Below, one piece after another: positions 48,147-57,537 of a stretch of 64,000 nt of DNA. A program made the translations under genes and the position numbers. The notes under the pieces were generated by a model. That model was given only the letters and a program-made list of their open reading frames with translations, was not told the DNA's origin and did not search any database. Source of the stretch: a phage; the sequence record PQ400055.1; one strand, given 5' to 3'. Numbering within the stretch: position 1 is the first letter of the stretch; the number at the start of each line of letters is the position of its first letter.

Positions 48147-49316
48147 TTACCAATCAATCTTATCAGCCGGAATCAGTTTCTTATAATTCCGTAGATAGTA
48201 AGTTTTCATTGAATCCAGAATACGGTCATAATCAAGACCATCAAATGCAATCATCAGACACATGAAAATATATGCTTGTGCATCACCGTGTTTACGTGAT
48301 TCGATAGTCGCATTTGATGCATATGTCTTTCTGTCTTCTCCCGCGTGTGCGTTATAAAATTCTGTTGCTGTCGTGAAGGCATTGCGAAGAATAGACCTGA
48401 ATGCTTCCTCGAATAGCTCGATTCGTTCCAGTGCTTCCGGTTCGCCTTCATATGCAGCACGCAAATCATCGGTTTCGCTTTCTACGACATAGTAGATCAG
48501 GTTATTAGGAAACATCGATGTGTTTTTAATGTTATGTACACCAATATACCATTCACTCTTCACTTTGAACATTTGACCGTCTTTAGTGCGTGCAACAATT
48601 CCTTCGATACCTTCTGCGATCCGAACTTCATCAAGAATATTGCTAAAACGCGCTGAATCAACCTGTAACGCATTTACCAGATGAGAACGTAGGATTGCGT
48701 CAGCAAATAGCATTTGATGCGGTACGTACTCTCCTGTGACGTTATGGCGTACATTCAGAAGTGTTAGCGACGGTTCAGAATATTCTACAACAATTCGGTT
48801 GCTGGGCGCTGTATATTCAAAGTTGAAAGTATAATCAGACCCAATATCAGCAATCTTAGCGCGTAGATCCGCATACTTCTCTGAATACAGAAGACCGTTT
48901 GCTCTCTCTGCTTGGCTTGAGTACAAGGCCGTTTTAGACTTCAACTGAACATAGCCGTTATCAATGTATGTGCTTACTAGACTACCGTCCATTTTGTCCA
49001 TGACCATTTCCACATCTTCCGGCTTAAAGCGAGCGCGATCATTCTCACCCAAATTAAAAAACTTCTCCATAGGACGAGATGCGATGCGGACCGGACGACC
49101 TTTATCGTCAATTTCAAACATGATCCCGCGACACTCTAACGCATCTGGTTTATTCCACATTTCCGGTTTGCTCAAGTACAGATAGCTAAAAATGCGCATA
49201 CGGGTTTGCATCGCCGTAATTTCATCTTTGTAATAGAACGTATCAGATCCGTCACATAGTGCCATCAGATTTTTGAACAATGCTAAAACTTTTTTGTTGT
49301 TTTCTTTTGTTGACAT
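48147..49316 (-). CDS. rnlA: RNA ligase 1
   Basis: LFKNLMALC, ALECRGIMFE, RIASRPMEKFFNL, KMDGSL (KxDG) match T4 Rnl1 from memory. 389 aa. Confidence 0.9.
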   Translation of the reverse strand: MSTKENNKKVLALFKNLMALCDGSDTFYYKDEITAMQTRMRIFSYLYLSKPEMWNKPDALECRGIMFEIDDKGRPVRIASRPMEKFFNLGENDRARFKPEDVEMVMDKMDGSLVSTYIDNGYVQLKSKTALYSSQAERANGLLYSEKYADLRAKIADIGSDYTFNFEYTAPSNRIVVEYSEPSLTLLNVRHNVTGEYVPHQMLFADAILRSHLVNALQVDSARFSNILDEVRIAEGIEGIVARTKDGQMFKVKSEWYIGVHNIKNTSMFPNNLIYYVVESETDDLRAAYEGEPEALERIELFEEAFRSILRNAFTTATEFYNAHAGEDRKTYASNATIESRKHGDAQAYIFMCLMIAFDGLDYDRILDSMKTYYLRNYKKLIPADKIDW

Positions 49317-49713
49317 AATTTGTGTTCCATTCTGGTTTAAATTTGGTGATCAAAACAGGTTCTTCGATATCGGCAGTGCTTATAATATCTTTACCCGTTG
49401 GATTCTCAATATATAACTCAAAGCACTGGCGGTAATAGAATGTTACTGTCTTCCCTTCCTCTAGCGCCTTATGAATATTCTTACTCTTGCGAGTATCCGC
49501 TGTTGGTGTTTGTCTGTTAATGCTAGTCCGGTAATAATTGATCCGCTTTCTGAGATTGACAGTCTGACCAATGTATACCAGTTCATCATCAACCACAATA
49601 GCATAAAGAACATTTAAACGGTTCTTCTGAGGCGGCAGAATCACATCACCATCTTTACACTCTAAACATGAATATTTAACGAATCCATAGTTTTCTATTA
49701 GCTCATTAATCAT
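49252..49713 (-). CDS. denA: endonuclease II (GIY-YIG family)
   Basis: YAIVVDDELVYIGQTVNLRKRINYYRTSINRQ nearly identical to T4 DenA YAIAINDELVYIGKTKNLRKRINYYRTAINRK (from memory); 3' end overlaps rnlA start. Confidence 0.85.
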   Translation of the reverse strand: MINELIENYGFVKYSCLECKDGDVILPPQKNRLNVLYAIVVDDELVYIGQTVNLRKRINYYRTSINRQTPTADTRKSKNIHKALEEGKTVTFYYRQCFELYIENPTGKDIISTADIEEPVLITKFKPEWNTNYVNKRKQQKSFSIVQKSDGTM

Positions 49714-49732
49714 TATCCTTTCCTCACGTCAC

Positions 49733-49756
49733 AACAAAGGCGGGATTTCTCCCGCC
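49733..49756 (-). terminator. hairpin terminator (minus)
   Basis: GGCGGGAGAAATCCCGCC with TTTGTTGT on minus strand. Confidence 0.5.
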
Positions 49757-49763
49757 CACCTTA

Positions 49764-50162
49764 TTAACTTTCCAGAATATCGCGAGCTTCGTTACGCTCC
49801 TTGATGATTTTCAGGACAAATTCCAGTTTTTCTTTGTTCAGCGTTCCATTTTCCATTGCTTCTTTGACGGTAAACACTCCGCCACCTTGCCCGTATACAG
49901 TGACAGTGATTTCACCTAACATCGTGGTATGAAAACCGCCAATTTTCGGTGATTCGAAAGAAACAATTACCTCGCGGACAGTATTACCGTCGTTGATTTC
50001 TGAGAGGGTAATGTCGTTTTTGTAGGCGGTTGCTTTAACCATACGGATCAGCATAGTCTGATCTGGGGAGATGGTCATTTTGTCCATTGCATGTTGCAAT
50101 GCAGCGTAACCGAAAACTTTAACGAAGTCCAGAACGTCTTTGCGAGTTTGAAATTTAATCAT
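49764..50162 (-). CDS. hypothetical early protein
   Basis: 132 aa ORF downstream of a PeSL-like cassette. Confidence 0.5.
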   Translation of the reverse strand: MIKFQTRKDVLDFVKVFGYAALQHAMDKMTISPDQTMLIRMVKATAYKNDITLSEINDGNTVREVIVSFESPKIGGFHTTMLGEITVTVYGQGGGVFTVKEAMENGTLNKEKLEFVLKIIKERNEARDILES

Positions 50163-50232
50163 CTTGATACTCCTTAGTTGTTTTGGTATGGGAGTATCTT
50201 ACTACTCCCGTGATATGCTGTCAACTGCTTTT
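50163..50232 (-). promoter_or_regulatory. PeSL-like early promoter cassette
   Basis: TTGACA, GGGAGTAGTAAGATACTCCC stem, TAAGAT -10, AGGAG RBS on minus strand. Confidence 0.55.
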
Positions 50233-50382
50233 TTATGCAACCGCAAACATCAACATTTGAACATTCTTGGCTGTCTGGCTTTCAAAGTTCTGACATTCTT
50301 TGATAATGTCCTCTACTTTCTCGCCGGAGATCTCCGCGTAAGTTTCGATTGCCATTTTCAGTACCGCGTCAAAGTTGTTCAT
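50233..50382 (-). CDS. small hypothetical protein (49 aa)
   Basis: MNNFDAVLKMAIETYAEISGEKVEDIIKECQNFESQTAKNVQMLMFAVA. Below six-frame track cutoff. Confidence 0.4.
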   Translation of the reverse strand: MNNFDAVLKMAIETYAEISGEKVEDIIKECQNFESQTAKNVQMLMFAVA

Positions 50383-50385
50383 TTG

Positions 50386-50458
50386 ATTCTCCTTAAAGTG
50401 TATTTCGTTTCGATGGGGGTATATTACTACCCCCGTTTCATGCTGTCAACTACTTTTT
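50386..50458 (-). promoter_or_regulatory. PeSL-like early promoter cassette
   Basis: TTGACA, 17 bp with GGGGGTAGTAATATACCCCC stem, TAATAT, AGGAGA on minus strand. Confidence 0.55.
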
Positions 50459-50669
50459 TAATGACAAGTTCGAATTTTGCTACCTTGCGTCCTCGTTTAT
50501 TGAAAGCAACCCACGGACGGTTTTCAATGTAGAACAATTCTTCACCAATAATGAATACTGGCTGATTGTAAAGGCGACCCATCAGGTCACGCTGGCGAAT
50601 GGTAGTAGATTCGTATACTTCGCCCACTACAAAGTGTTTGTTGATAGAGTCGGTGCAAGTAAATTTCAT
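50427..50669 (-). CDS. small hypothetical protein (80 aa)
   Basis: Start placed at MKFTCTDS; six-frame ORF to 50729 is N-extended into the cassette. Confidence 0.45.
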   Translation of the reverse strand: MKFTCTDSINKHFVVGEVYESTTIRQRDLMGRLYNQPVFIIGEELFYIENRPWVAFNKRGRKVAKFELVIKKVVDSMKRG

Positions 50670-50740
50670 TTTGATTCTCCTTTGTTTTCTTGATGGGAGT
50701 ATCTTACTACCCCCGTTATTCAGTGTCAACTACTTTTTAC
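50670..50740 (-). promoter_or_regulatory. PeSL-like early promoter cassette
   Basis: TTGACA..GGGGGTAGTAAGATACTCCC..AGGAGA on minus strand. Confidence 0.55.
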
Positions 50741-50955
50741 TTGTTGTATTCATTCCACCATTGGGCGAGCTTATCAATTATTTTTGTGTTTCTATCCAAC
50801 TTCTCCCACCGTTTTCTAGGGTTTATCAACCGGAATAGGTAAGGTGTACTTGTTAAGTGAACTCGGTCAATGTAGTGATTGATGTACTGCTTTTCGATTC
50901 TAAGTTTCATCTTTTTACGATGAAAATATGCAATGACTTGTTCTTCTGTTTCCAT
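50737..50955 (-). CDS. small hypothetical protein
   Basis: 72 aa ORF. Confidence 0.45.
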   Translation of the reverse strand: METEEQVIAYFHRKKMKLRIEKQYINHYIDRVHLTSTPYLFRLINPRKRWEKLDRNTKIIDKLAQWWNEYNK

Positions 50956-51012
50956 ATGTTCCTCCGTTTCGATGTGCGTATTATGCTATGGCAAGATCAG
51001 ATTGTCAACACC
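50956..51012 (-). promoter_or_regulatory. PeSL-like early promoter cassette (short)
   Basis: TTGACA..17 bp..CATAAT on minus strand, then GGAGG. Confidence 0.55.
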
Positions 51013-51018
51013 CAATAA

Positions 51019-51047
51019 CAAAAAAAGTCGCCACTATGGGCGACTTT
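51019..51047 (-). terminator. rho-independent terminator (minus)
   Basis: AGTCGCCCATAGTGGCGACT hairpin with TTTTTT on minus strand, immediately followed by the next promoter cassette. Confidence 0.65.
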
Positions 51048-51056
51048 GAACAAACA

Positions 51057-51533
51057 TTAATCATGACCGTGATTTGCAATATCCGCTCGCGTCTTATCTT
51101 TGTGATTTCCTACGTCAAAGACACGATAACCATTTTCACGCAAAACTTTAATCACTTCTGGGTTATCCTCAAAGACTCCGACAACTTCATCTTTATCAAA
51201 GGATTTAATTACCTCTAATTTGATGTGATAGTCTTTACGGGAATCGGTACGGCCTCTCATAAAGATTTTATCAAAACACACCCCGTTAGAAATTAACCAA
51301 TCAATTGTTTCCATGTAAGCATGTGAACTTCGTCCGGTGAGGATGTAAATCAAATGCCCGTTGTCGGAAAGAGAATTAATAACACGAATTACATCGTCAA
51401 TGGGGGAATCTCCCCCACATGCCTTGTTATATTCGATCCACGACTCGACTTTATCAAGATTTTCGGTTGGCATCTTTGCTAGTCGATGCGTTGGATCTGT
51501 GATCGTAAAATCTAAATCGACAAAATATATCAT
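51057..51533 (-). CDS. HAD-superfamily phosphatase-like protein
   Basis: N-terminal VDLDFTITD (DxD-like), later YILTGR; 158 aa; sits between nrdB and denA, where T4 has no gene. Confidence 0.4.
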   Translation of the reverse strand: MIYFVDLDFTITDPTHRLAKMPTENLDKVESWIEYNKACGGDSPIDDVIRVINSLSDNGHLIYILTGRSSHAYMETIDWLISNGVCFDKIFMRGRTDSRKDYHIKLEVIKSFDKDEVVGVFEDNPEVIKVLRENGYRVFDVGNHKDKTRADIANHGHD

Positions 51534-52699
51534 AGATATTTCCCGAATCGGTTGTAGTCGTCGTCTGTTAAATCGGTATTAACCTGAGATACCAGATACA
51601 TAATCTCTACTTCCTGCGCTGCATTCTGTACTTCGTCAGAGTTCAACCATTTACGCATCCACGGTAACGGATGACGACGAACACTAAACGGGCTTTTCAG
51701 TCCGGCAGCACGCATACGGGAATCTGCCAGGTATTCTACATAGGTTTTCAGAATTTCCGGTGACAGGTTAGGAATTGCCCCCATTGCGAATAGGTGGTCT
51801 ACCCATTCTTTTTCTTGCTCGACAACATCCAGAAAGATTTTCGTTGCTTCGCCTTCAAGTTCTTCCGCAATCTGTTTCCACTCATCACCATCAACCCCCG
51901 TTTGCCATTGACGAATAATGTATTGTGTGCCTTTTAAGTGAAGTTGTTCATCACGCGCAATAAATTTCATGATCTTCGCGTTACCTTCCAGTAAACCACG
52001 TTCGGCAAAGCTGAAAGTACATGCAAAGGACACATAAAAACGGATTGCCTCCAGTGCATTAACGCAATGCATACACAGATAGAGTGATTCCATCAGATTG
52101 CGTTTAGTTTCTTCCACGTACGAAATGCTATCAGAATATGCATCAAGGTCAAATTCATTTTCAGAAGAACGACTAAAACTTTCTTTAGCGTCCTCGTATT
52201 CACGGATTTTCACCAGAACATCATCATAATATTTCCCGATAGATTCCGCTCGCTTCATGATAGCAGGGTTATCGATGATCTGGTCGAACTCACTAGCCGG
52301 ATCAATGAAACAGTTACGCATAATGTGTGTATAGCTTCGGCTATGAATCGTTTCGCTGAATGTCCATGTTTGCAACCATGTATCGAGAGTTGGATCAGAT
52401 ACAATTGGACCAAATGCTGCGGACGGTGCGCGACCTTGAATAGAATCAAGTAATGTCTGATACTTCAAGTTTTCAGTAAAGAAACGCTTTTCAACGTCAC
52501 CCATATTAAGATATTGAATGCGGTCGGTTGCAAGTGAAATTTCTTCGGGGCGCCAAAAAAATGACAGAGATTTTTCAATTAATTCTTCAAATACTTGATG
52601 ACGCTGAATGTCATAACGAGCGATACCTAAACCGCTGCCCAGAAACATCGGTTCATTCATAATATCAACGTGTTCACGATTAAATACCGTATTTCCCAT
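51530..52699 (-). CDS. nrdB: ribonucleotide reductase small subunit
   Basis: 389 aa (T4 NrdB 388 aa); ferritin-like diiron motifs; uninterrupted ORF (no intron). Confidence 0.88.
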   Translation of the reverse strand: MGNTVFNREHVDIMNEPMFLGSGLGIARYDIQRHQVFEELIEKSLSFFWRPEEISLATDRIQYLNMGDVEKRFFTENLKYQTLLDSIQGRAPSAAFGPIVSDPTLDTWLQTWTFSETIHSRSYTHIMRNCFIDPASEFDQIIDNPAIMKRAESIGKYYDDVLVKIREYEDAKESFSRSSENEFDLDAYSDSISYVEETKRNLMESLYLCMHCVNALEAIRFYVSFACTFSFAERGLLEGNAKIMKFIARDEQLHLKGTQYIIRQWQTGVDGDEWKQIAEELEGEATKIFLDVVEQEKEWVDHLFAMGAIPNLSPEILKTYVEYLADSRMRAAGLKSPFSVRRHPLPWMRKWLNSDEVQNAAQEVEIMYLVSQVNTDLTDDDYNRFGKYL

Positions 52700-53347
52700 T
52701 CACATATTCCTCATTTTACAGTTATCAAAGTGCCATCGTAGAGAATTGCCTTTATTGGTAATTTTACCGCAATGCGGACAAGGATCTGCCATTGTTGCTT
52801 CCTTTGTCCTTTGTGCAATCAGCTTTCTCATTTCCTCACTATGTGGTATTCCTTTAGTTGGCGATGGTTTCCCAAACATAGGATTTTTACTGCCCATTCT
52901 AGCTTTTGAAATGTTTAACGCGTGCTCCTTTGTTTTTGGCTTACGCATTTTAGCTTTTGTCTCTTCTGATTTCAACACACCTTTCGAAGATTCGCTAATC
53001 TTTCTTCGCGTTTCTTCTTTCATAGGTTTGCCCTTTCTTTGTTCAGAGATAAGTACCCTAGCTTGTTCATATACCCTAGACGAAACAATATAATCTCTTT
53101 TATTGGTCTTCGCATTTTTTGCTAAACACATCATACCAAATGCTTGTGCCATAGGTCCACCATGAATTTTTGCTAGCAGATGATGAATCACGAAATGTTC
53201 TTTTGCTGTCAACTCAATCAGGTTATCAACTTCATCACCGCCACCCATAGATCGCGGTAAAATATGATGTGTTTCCTTATACCCTTCAACGGTTCCTCTC
53301 GTCTTTGCTTTTTCTATGATTGCGTCATGTAGTTTTTGTAAGTTCAT
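52700..53347 (-). CDS. HNH homing endonuclease, MobE-like
   Basis: HNH motif THHILPRSMGGGDEVDNLIELTAKEHFVIHH plus NUMOD3-like repeats and C-terminal CxxC; between nrdA and nrdB, as mobE is in T4. Confidence 0.7.
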   Translation of the reverse strand: MNLQKLHDAIIEKAKTRGTVEGYKETHHILPRSMGGGDEVDNLIELTAKEHFVIHHLLAKIHGGPMAQAFGMMCLAKNAKTNKRDYIVSSRVYEQARVLISEQRKGKPMKEETRRKISESSKGVLKSEETKAKMRKPKTKEHALNISKARMGSKNPMFGKPSPTKGIPHSEEMRKLIAQRTKEATMADPCPHCGKITNKGNSLRWHFDNCKMRNM

Positions 53348-53416
53348 GAATTAATCCTCTTTTCTGTATACCATTATTTATCAGGTATCCAGAAGAAGGA
53401 TTAATTCACCTCACTA

Positions 53417-53584
53417 TCACTTTTTAACACAAAAGAACTTAGTATTTCTGTTAACTTCGCTATCCCGCTGCAATTCCTGCACAGCTTCAAAACAATTTTG
53501 ATGTGATGAAAACTCTACGCTGGTAACAGTTCCTTTATTATATACGCCTACGCTAACGGAAAGCAATAACCATATTGTAGCCAT
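53417..53584 (-). CDS. small hydrophobic N-terminus protein (55 aa), tandem paralog 2
   Basis: MATIWLLLSVSVGVYNKGTVTSVEFSSHQNCFEAVQELQRD..; start overlaps upstream stop (TAATG). Below six-frame track cutoff. Confidence 0.45.
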   Translation of the reverse strand: MATIWLLLSVSVGVYNKGTVTSVEFSSHQNCFEAVQELQRDSEVNRNTKFFCVKK

Positions 53585-53757
53585 TAGTTCACCTTCTGCT
53601 TTTCAACACAGTACAGATTCATAAAGCGTTTATTGTCTTCGCGGATAACCTCGCGAGCTTTAACGCAATCCTGCTTTGTTGCAAACTCAATGCTTGACAT
53701 ATTTCCGTAATTATACATTGAATTGCTGATTGCAATCAATAACCATACAGTAGCCAT
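53584..53757 (-). CDS. small hydrophobic N-terminus protein (57 aa), tandem paralog 1
   Basis: MATVWLLIAISNSMYNYGNMSSIEFATKQDCVKAREVIRED..; TAATG overlap with upstream gene. Below six-frame track cutoff. Confidence 0.45.
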   Translation of the reverse strand: MATVWLLIAISNSMYNYGNMSSIEFATKQDCVKAREVIREDNKRFMNLYCVEKQKVN

Positions 53758-53924
53758 TATCCTACAACCTCAAAGCATTTATCATCAGGAAGAATAGCCC
53801 ATTCTACGCCATATTCATCCTCAACGTAGTAGCAAGCCCAATCATGTCGAGCATCATATACATCACCGACAACAAAGCTATCAGCTAGCTCAAAATCTAC
53901 AGCAACACATTTTAATTTGGTCAT
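53757..53924 (-). CDS. small hypothetical protein (55 aa)
   Basis: Start placed at MTKLKCVAVDF; six-frame ORF to 53987 is N-extended into the cassette. Confidence 0.45.
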   Translation of the reverse strand: MTKLKCVAVDFELADSFVVGDVYDARHDWACYYVEDEYGVEWAILPDDKCFEVVG

Positions 53925-53990
53925 AATAAAATCCTCACTTGTTTTTGATGGTTGTATTATAGCGGGGATTTCTCCCCGCGTCAACACTTA
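53925..53990 (-). promoter_or_regulatory. PeSL-like early promoter cassette
   Basis: TTGACGCGGGGAGAAATCCCCGCTATAAT on minus strand, directly after nrdA stop. Confidence 0.6.
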
Positions 53991-53992
53991 TT

Positions 53993-56236
53993 TTACAGCT
54001 TGCAAGATGAGCACTCGCTAGCGTCTTCCGTACCATCTGCACCGTCGCGAACGTTCGCATAATACAGGGTTTTCAGACCGTAATGTTGAGCGAACAACAT
54101 ATCATCTAACACATCAGCAATATCGACTTTACCAGTCTTATAAGTGCTTGGATCGTAGGATGTGTTGGAACTAATCGCCTGATCTACAAACTTCTGCATG
54201 ATCGCTGCCAGTGTCAGATAAGGCTTGTTACCTTTCTTGATCAGTGTCCAAAGCAGGTCAATAACATCAGCATTATTCTCTACGTTCGGAATAACCTGAT
54301 TAAATTGCCCTTCTTTCGATCCTTTAACCGATACAATCCCGCGAGGCGGTTCAATACCGTTTGTGCTGTTAGATACCTGAGAAGATGACTCACAAGGCAT
54401 CAGCGCCGAAAGCGTACTGTTACGAATGCCATATTTTTTCAGGTCTTCGCGCAGTTCTTCCCAATCCATCTCATACACCGGATCAACCAGTTCATCTACT
54501 GTCTTTTTGTACCAGTCGATAGGAAGTTCACCGCGACCATAGCGTGTTTCGTGCATCAGTTCGCAAGCACCCTTCTCTTTAGCCAGTCGCACACTAGCCT
54601 TAATCAGAGCATATTGCAAGCGTTCAAACGTTTTATGCGTAAACTCGTTAGCGTCTTCATATGTGAAGAAATTATCTGCTAGATATGATGCAAAGTTAGT
54701 AACACCAACACCCAGAGAGCGACGTTTTTTGGCTGTCAGAGCTTGTTCTACAGGATAATCCTGATAATCTAACAGGTTGTCAAGTGCACGCACCATAACC
54801 ATAGCAATGCGTTCTACTTCTTCCATATTTTCGATATCGAAATTACCTAAAACATATGCTGCCAAAGTGCATAGGCTGATCTCTGAATCATCACGACCCA
54901 TCGGTTTTGTTGGCAGAGCAATTTCACAACACAGGTTAGATTGTTTAATCGGTGCTACATTACGAATAAACGCCCCGTGATTGTTCATGTTGTCTGTGAA
55001 CGTTGGGTAGATTCGACCAGTGTTAAAACGTTCAATTGCCACCGCTAAAAACAGGTCTTCGGCTTTAACACGAGTTTTACGAACACTCGGATCTTTTTCC
55101 AGTTTTTCGTAAAGCTGGCGGAAACCTTCCTCATCTCGGAAGTATAGATCCCACAACAAGCCACCTGCAACATCTGGACTAAACAGAGTAATGTAATCCC
55201 GTTTAAGGAATCGCTCTACCATCAGGTTATTAATCTGTACGCCGTAGTCAAGATGGCGAATGCGGTTATCTTCCACGCCCTTATTGTTCTTTAACACAAT
55301 CAGACTTTCAAACTCTAAATGCCACATTGGGTAATAGAGAGTCGCCGCCCCGCCACGAATACCGCCTTGTGAGCATGACTTAACGGCAGTCTGAAAATGT
55401 TTCCAGAATGGGATAACGCCAGTATGACGAACTTCACCATACCCGATCTTAGACCCTTCCGCGCGAATCATGCCAGCGTTGATACCGATACCAGCACGCT
55501 TGCTAATATACTTGATGATTGCATTTGCTGTTTCGTTGATGCCCTGCAATGAGTCATCACTTTCAATCACCACACACGAACTAAATTGTCGTGTTGGAGT
55601 ACGCACACCAGCCATAATCGGAGTAGGCAGAGAGATTTGCTTATTCGCAACAGCATTATAAAAATCAATCACATGTTCAAGTCGATTTTCTGTCTCTTCT
55701 TGATGCAAACACATACCGATCAGCATATACGCAAATTGCGGTGTTTCGATGATTTTCTTAGTGCTGCGATCCTGAACAAGATATTTCTCTTTTAACTGCA
55801 TCGCACCAGCATAGGTCATTTTAAAATCAAGTTTATGGTCGATGAATTTCTCCAGATATTCCACTTCTTCACGGGAATATTTTTGCAGAATTTCGCGATC
55901 ATATTTTCCGGTTGCAATATTACGCTCAATATGGCTATAAAAATCAATAGGTTGGAATTGACCGTATACTGATTTACGAAGCGCGAACATTGCAAGGTTA
56001 CTTGCTACATATTGATAATCGGGTGTTTCTACCGTGATGTTATCTGCGGCGACCTTAATCAATACTTTCTGGATATCATTGGTAGACATACCTTCTGTCA
56101 GAAGTGGTTCAACCATATCAAACAATTCATATGGATCAACGTTATGACCTTCGGCTGCCGCTTCCAGAATTTTCATTACTTTTTCTTTTTCAAACGGAAC
56201 AGTCAGACCGGAAGACTTAACAACATTTTTAATCAT
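53993..56236 (-). CDS. nrdA: ribonucleotide reductase large subunit
   Basis: 747 aa (T4 NrdA 754 aa); ATP-cone N-terminus, class I RNR motifs, C-terminal Cys pair; no intein. Confidence 0.9.
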   Translation of the reverse strand: MIKNVVKSSGLTVPFEKEKVMKILEAAAEGHNVDPYELFDMVEPLLTEGMSTNDIQKVLIKVAADNITVETPDYQYVASNLAMFALRKSVYGQFQPIDFYSHIERNIATGKYDREILQKYSREEVEYLEKFIDHKLDFKMTYAGAMQLKEKYLVQDRSTKKIIETPQFAYMLIGMCLHQEETENRLEHVIDFYNAVANKQISLPTPIMAGVRTPTRQFSSCVVIESDDSLQGINETANAIIKYISKRAGIGINAGMIRAEGSKIGYGEVRHTGVIPFWKHFQTAVKSCSQGGIRGGAATLYYPMWHLEFESLIVLKNNKGVEDNRIRHLDYGVQINNLMVERFLKRDYITLFSPDVAGGLLWDLYFRDEEGFRQLYEKLEKDPSVRKTRVKAEDLFLAVAIERFNTGRIYPTFTDNMNNHGAFIRNVAPIKQSNLCCEIALPTKPMGRDDSEISLCTLAAYVLGNFDIENMEEVERIAMVMVRALDNLLDYQDYPVEQALTAKKRRSLGVGVTNFASYLADNFFTYEDANEFTHKTFERLQYALIKASVRLAKEKGACELMHETRYGRGELPIDWYKKTVDELVDPVYEMDWEELREDLKKYGIRNSTLSALMPCESSSQVSNSTNGIEPPRGIVSVKGSKEGQFNQVIPNVENNADVIDLLWTLIKKGNKPYLTLAAIMQKFVDQAISSNTSYDPSTYKTGKVDIADVLDDMLFAQHYGLKTLYYANVRDGADGTEDASECSSCKL

Positions 56237-56282
56237 ATTACCTCACTTCATATTTTAGCAGGAACAAGTTTATCCTCCATAT

Positions 56283-56298
56283 TGGGGGCTTTCGCCCC
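56283..56298. other. GC-rich hairpin GGGGGCTTTCGCCCCC between td and nrdA
   Basis: Perfect 6-bp GC stem; on the coding (minus) strand not followed by a T-run, so possibly an RNA processing or stability element rather than a terminator. Confidence 0.35.
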
Positions 56299-56304
56299 CT
56301 TTGT

Positions 56305-57537
56305 TTATACTGCCATTTGAGCGGTGATCGCTGGATGGCTTTGATAGTTGTGAATTTTAAAGTCTTTCGGAGTCTTTGTCAATACCTCATCTAAAGATTT
56401 AAATTCCGGCAACTCAATTGTTGGTTTATCAAACGGAACACGGCTTAACTGTTCCATGACTTGATCAAAATGGTTTTTGTAAATGTGAGTATCTCCACCA
56501 GAGAAAATCAGTTCTCCTACCTCAAGATCACACATTTTCGCTATGATGTGAGTTAACAGCGCATAGCTGGCGACGTTAAAGGGCAAGCCCAAAAAGCTGT
56601 CTACGCTTCGCTGAAACCACATGCAAGACAATTTACCTTCATTGACATAGAACTGCACGAAAGGATGACATACACCCAATACAGCATTATGTGTTCCTTG
56701 TACGTTCCATGCATCAATAATGATCCGGCGATCCGTTGGATTGTTTTTAATTTGTTCAATCACGTTTTGTAACTGGTCTTCCCAAATCTTCTGGCGATAG
56801 ACATATTCTTCATCGTCTTTAGTGCTCGATGTGTCTACGTCCATACTAGCAAAGATCGTGGTATCTGGTGCTAAAATATCCCCACCCAGATAATCACTAT
56901 CAAGCAGATAACCGAAATAACCATCATCTACCCATTCCTGGAATCCCCACAAGCAATATGCATCATTAACAAAATTAGATTGAGTCTTCCAGTGGTCTGC
57001 TACTAAGAATAGATTATACTCAGAATCAAACTCTTCATAACGCATACCACGCCAGATAGCACATAAACGGTCTTCTGTTTCATTGGTTGGCGTAAAGTCT
57101 TCTACCCACGGGTGCTTAAATGTATGTGCATATTTGCTCTTAACGCGCTTAATTTTGATTTCACCGTGTGGATGAATCGGTTTGCGTCGCCATGCCATAC
57201 CATACATATTGCCGACATTATAACCATTGAATCGCAAAGGATTCTTTTCTTTCATATCAAGACAGTTGCCGCGCCAAATGTCGAAGGCTTCTTCGTCAAA
57301 CTTACCGCGTGTAATTTCCTGTAAGCGACGGCGGTCAAGTGATCCCTCCATAAACCATAGCAATTCGCCAATTACAGAGGCTGTAGCCATCTTTTTAGTG
57401 GTCAGTAATGGGAAACCCTTGCTTAAATCAATTCGCATCTCTGCGCCGAATTTAGATAGCGTACCTACCCCAGTTCGGTCTTCACGAGGCCATCCATTAT
57501 CAAGAACATCACGCAATAGTTTCAAATATTCTTTCAT
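56305..57537 (-). CDS. td: thymidylate synthase with about 120-aa internal insertion
   Basis: Core closely resembles E. coli ThyA (VCHPFVQFYV..KLSCMWFQRS.D.FLGLPFNVASYALL..CDLEVGE..GGDTHIYKNH); 410 aa vs 286 in T4 (from memory); insertion between WRRKP and EDQLQNVIEQI; no intron. Confidence 0.8.
   Translation of the reverse strand: MKEYLKLLRDVLDNGWPREDRTGVGTLSKFGAEMRIDLSKGFPLLTTKKMATASVIGELLWFMEGSLDRRRLQEITRGKFDEEAFDIWRGNCLDMKEKNPLRFNGYNVGNMYGMAWRRKPIHPHGEIKIKRVKSKYAHTFKHPWVEDFTPTNETEDRLCAIWRGMRYEEFDSEYNLFLVADHWKTQSNFVNDAYCLWGFQEWVDDGYFGYLLDSDYLGGDILAPDTTIFASMDVDTSSTKDDEEYVYRQKIWEDQLQNVIEQIKNNPTDRRIIIDAWNVQGTHNAVLGVCHPFVQFYVNEGKLSCMWFQRSVDSFLGLPFNVASYALLTHIIAKMCDLEVGELIFSGGDTHIYKNHFDQVMEQLSRVPFDKPTIELPEFKSLDEVLTKTPKDFKIHNYQSHPAITAQMAV

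Noticed and set aside
56305-57537. Group I intron or intein in td or nrdB
   Set aside because: Both ORFs are continuous and the td insertion lacks intein termini; no intron-like structured gap between exons is present.
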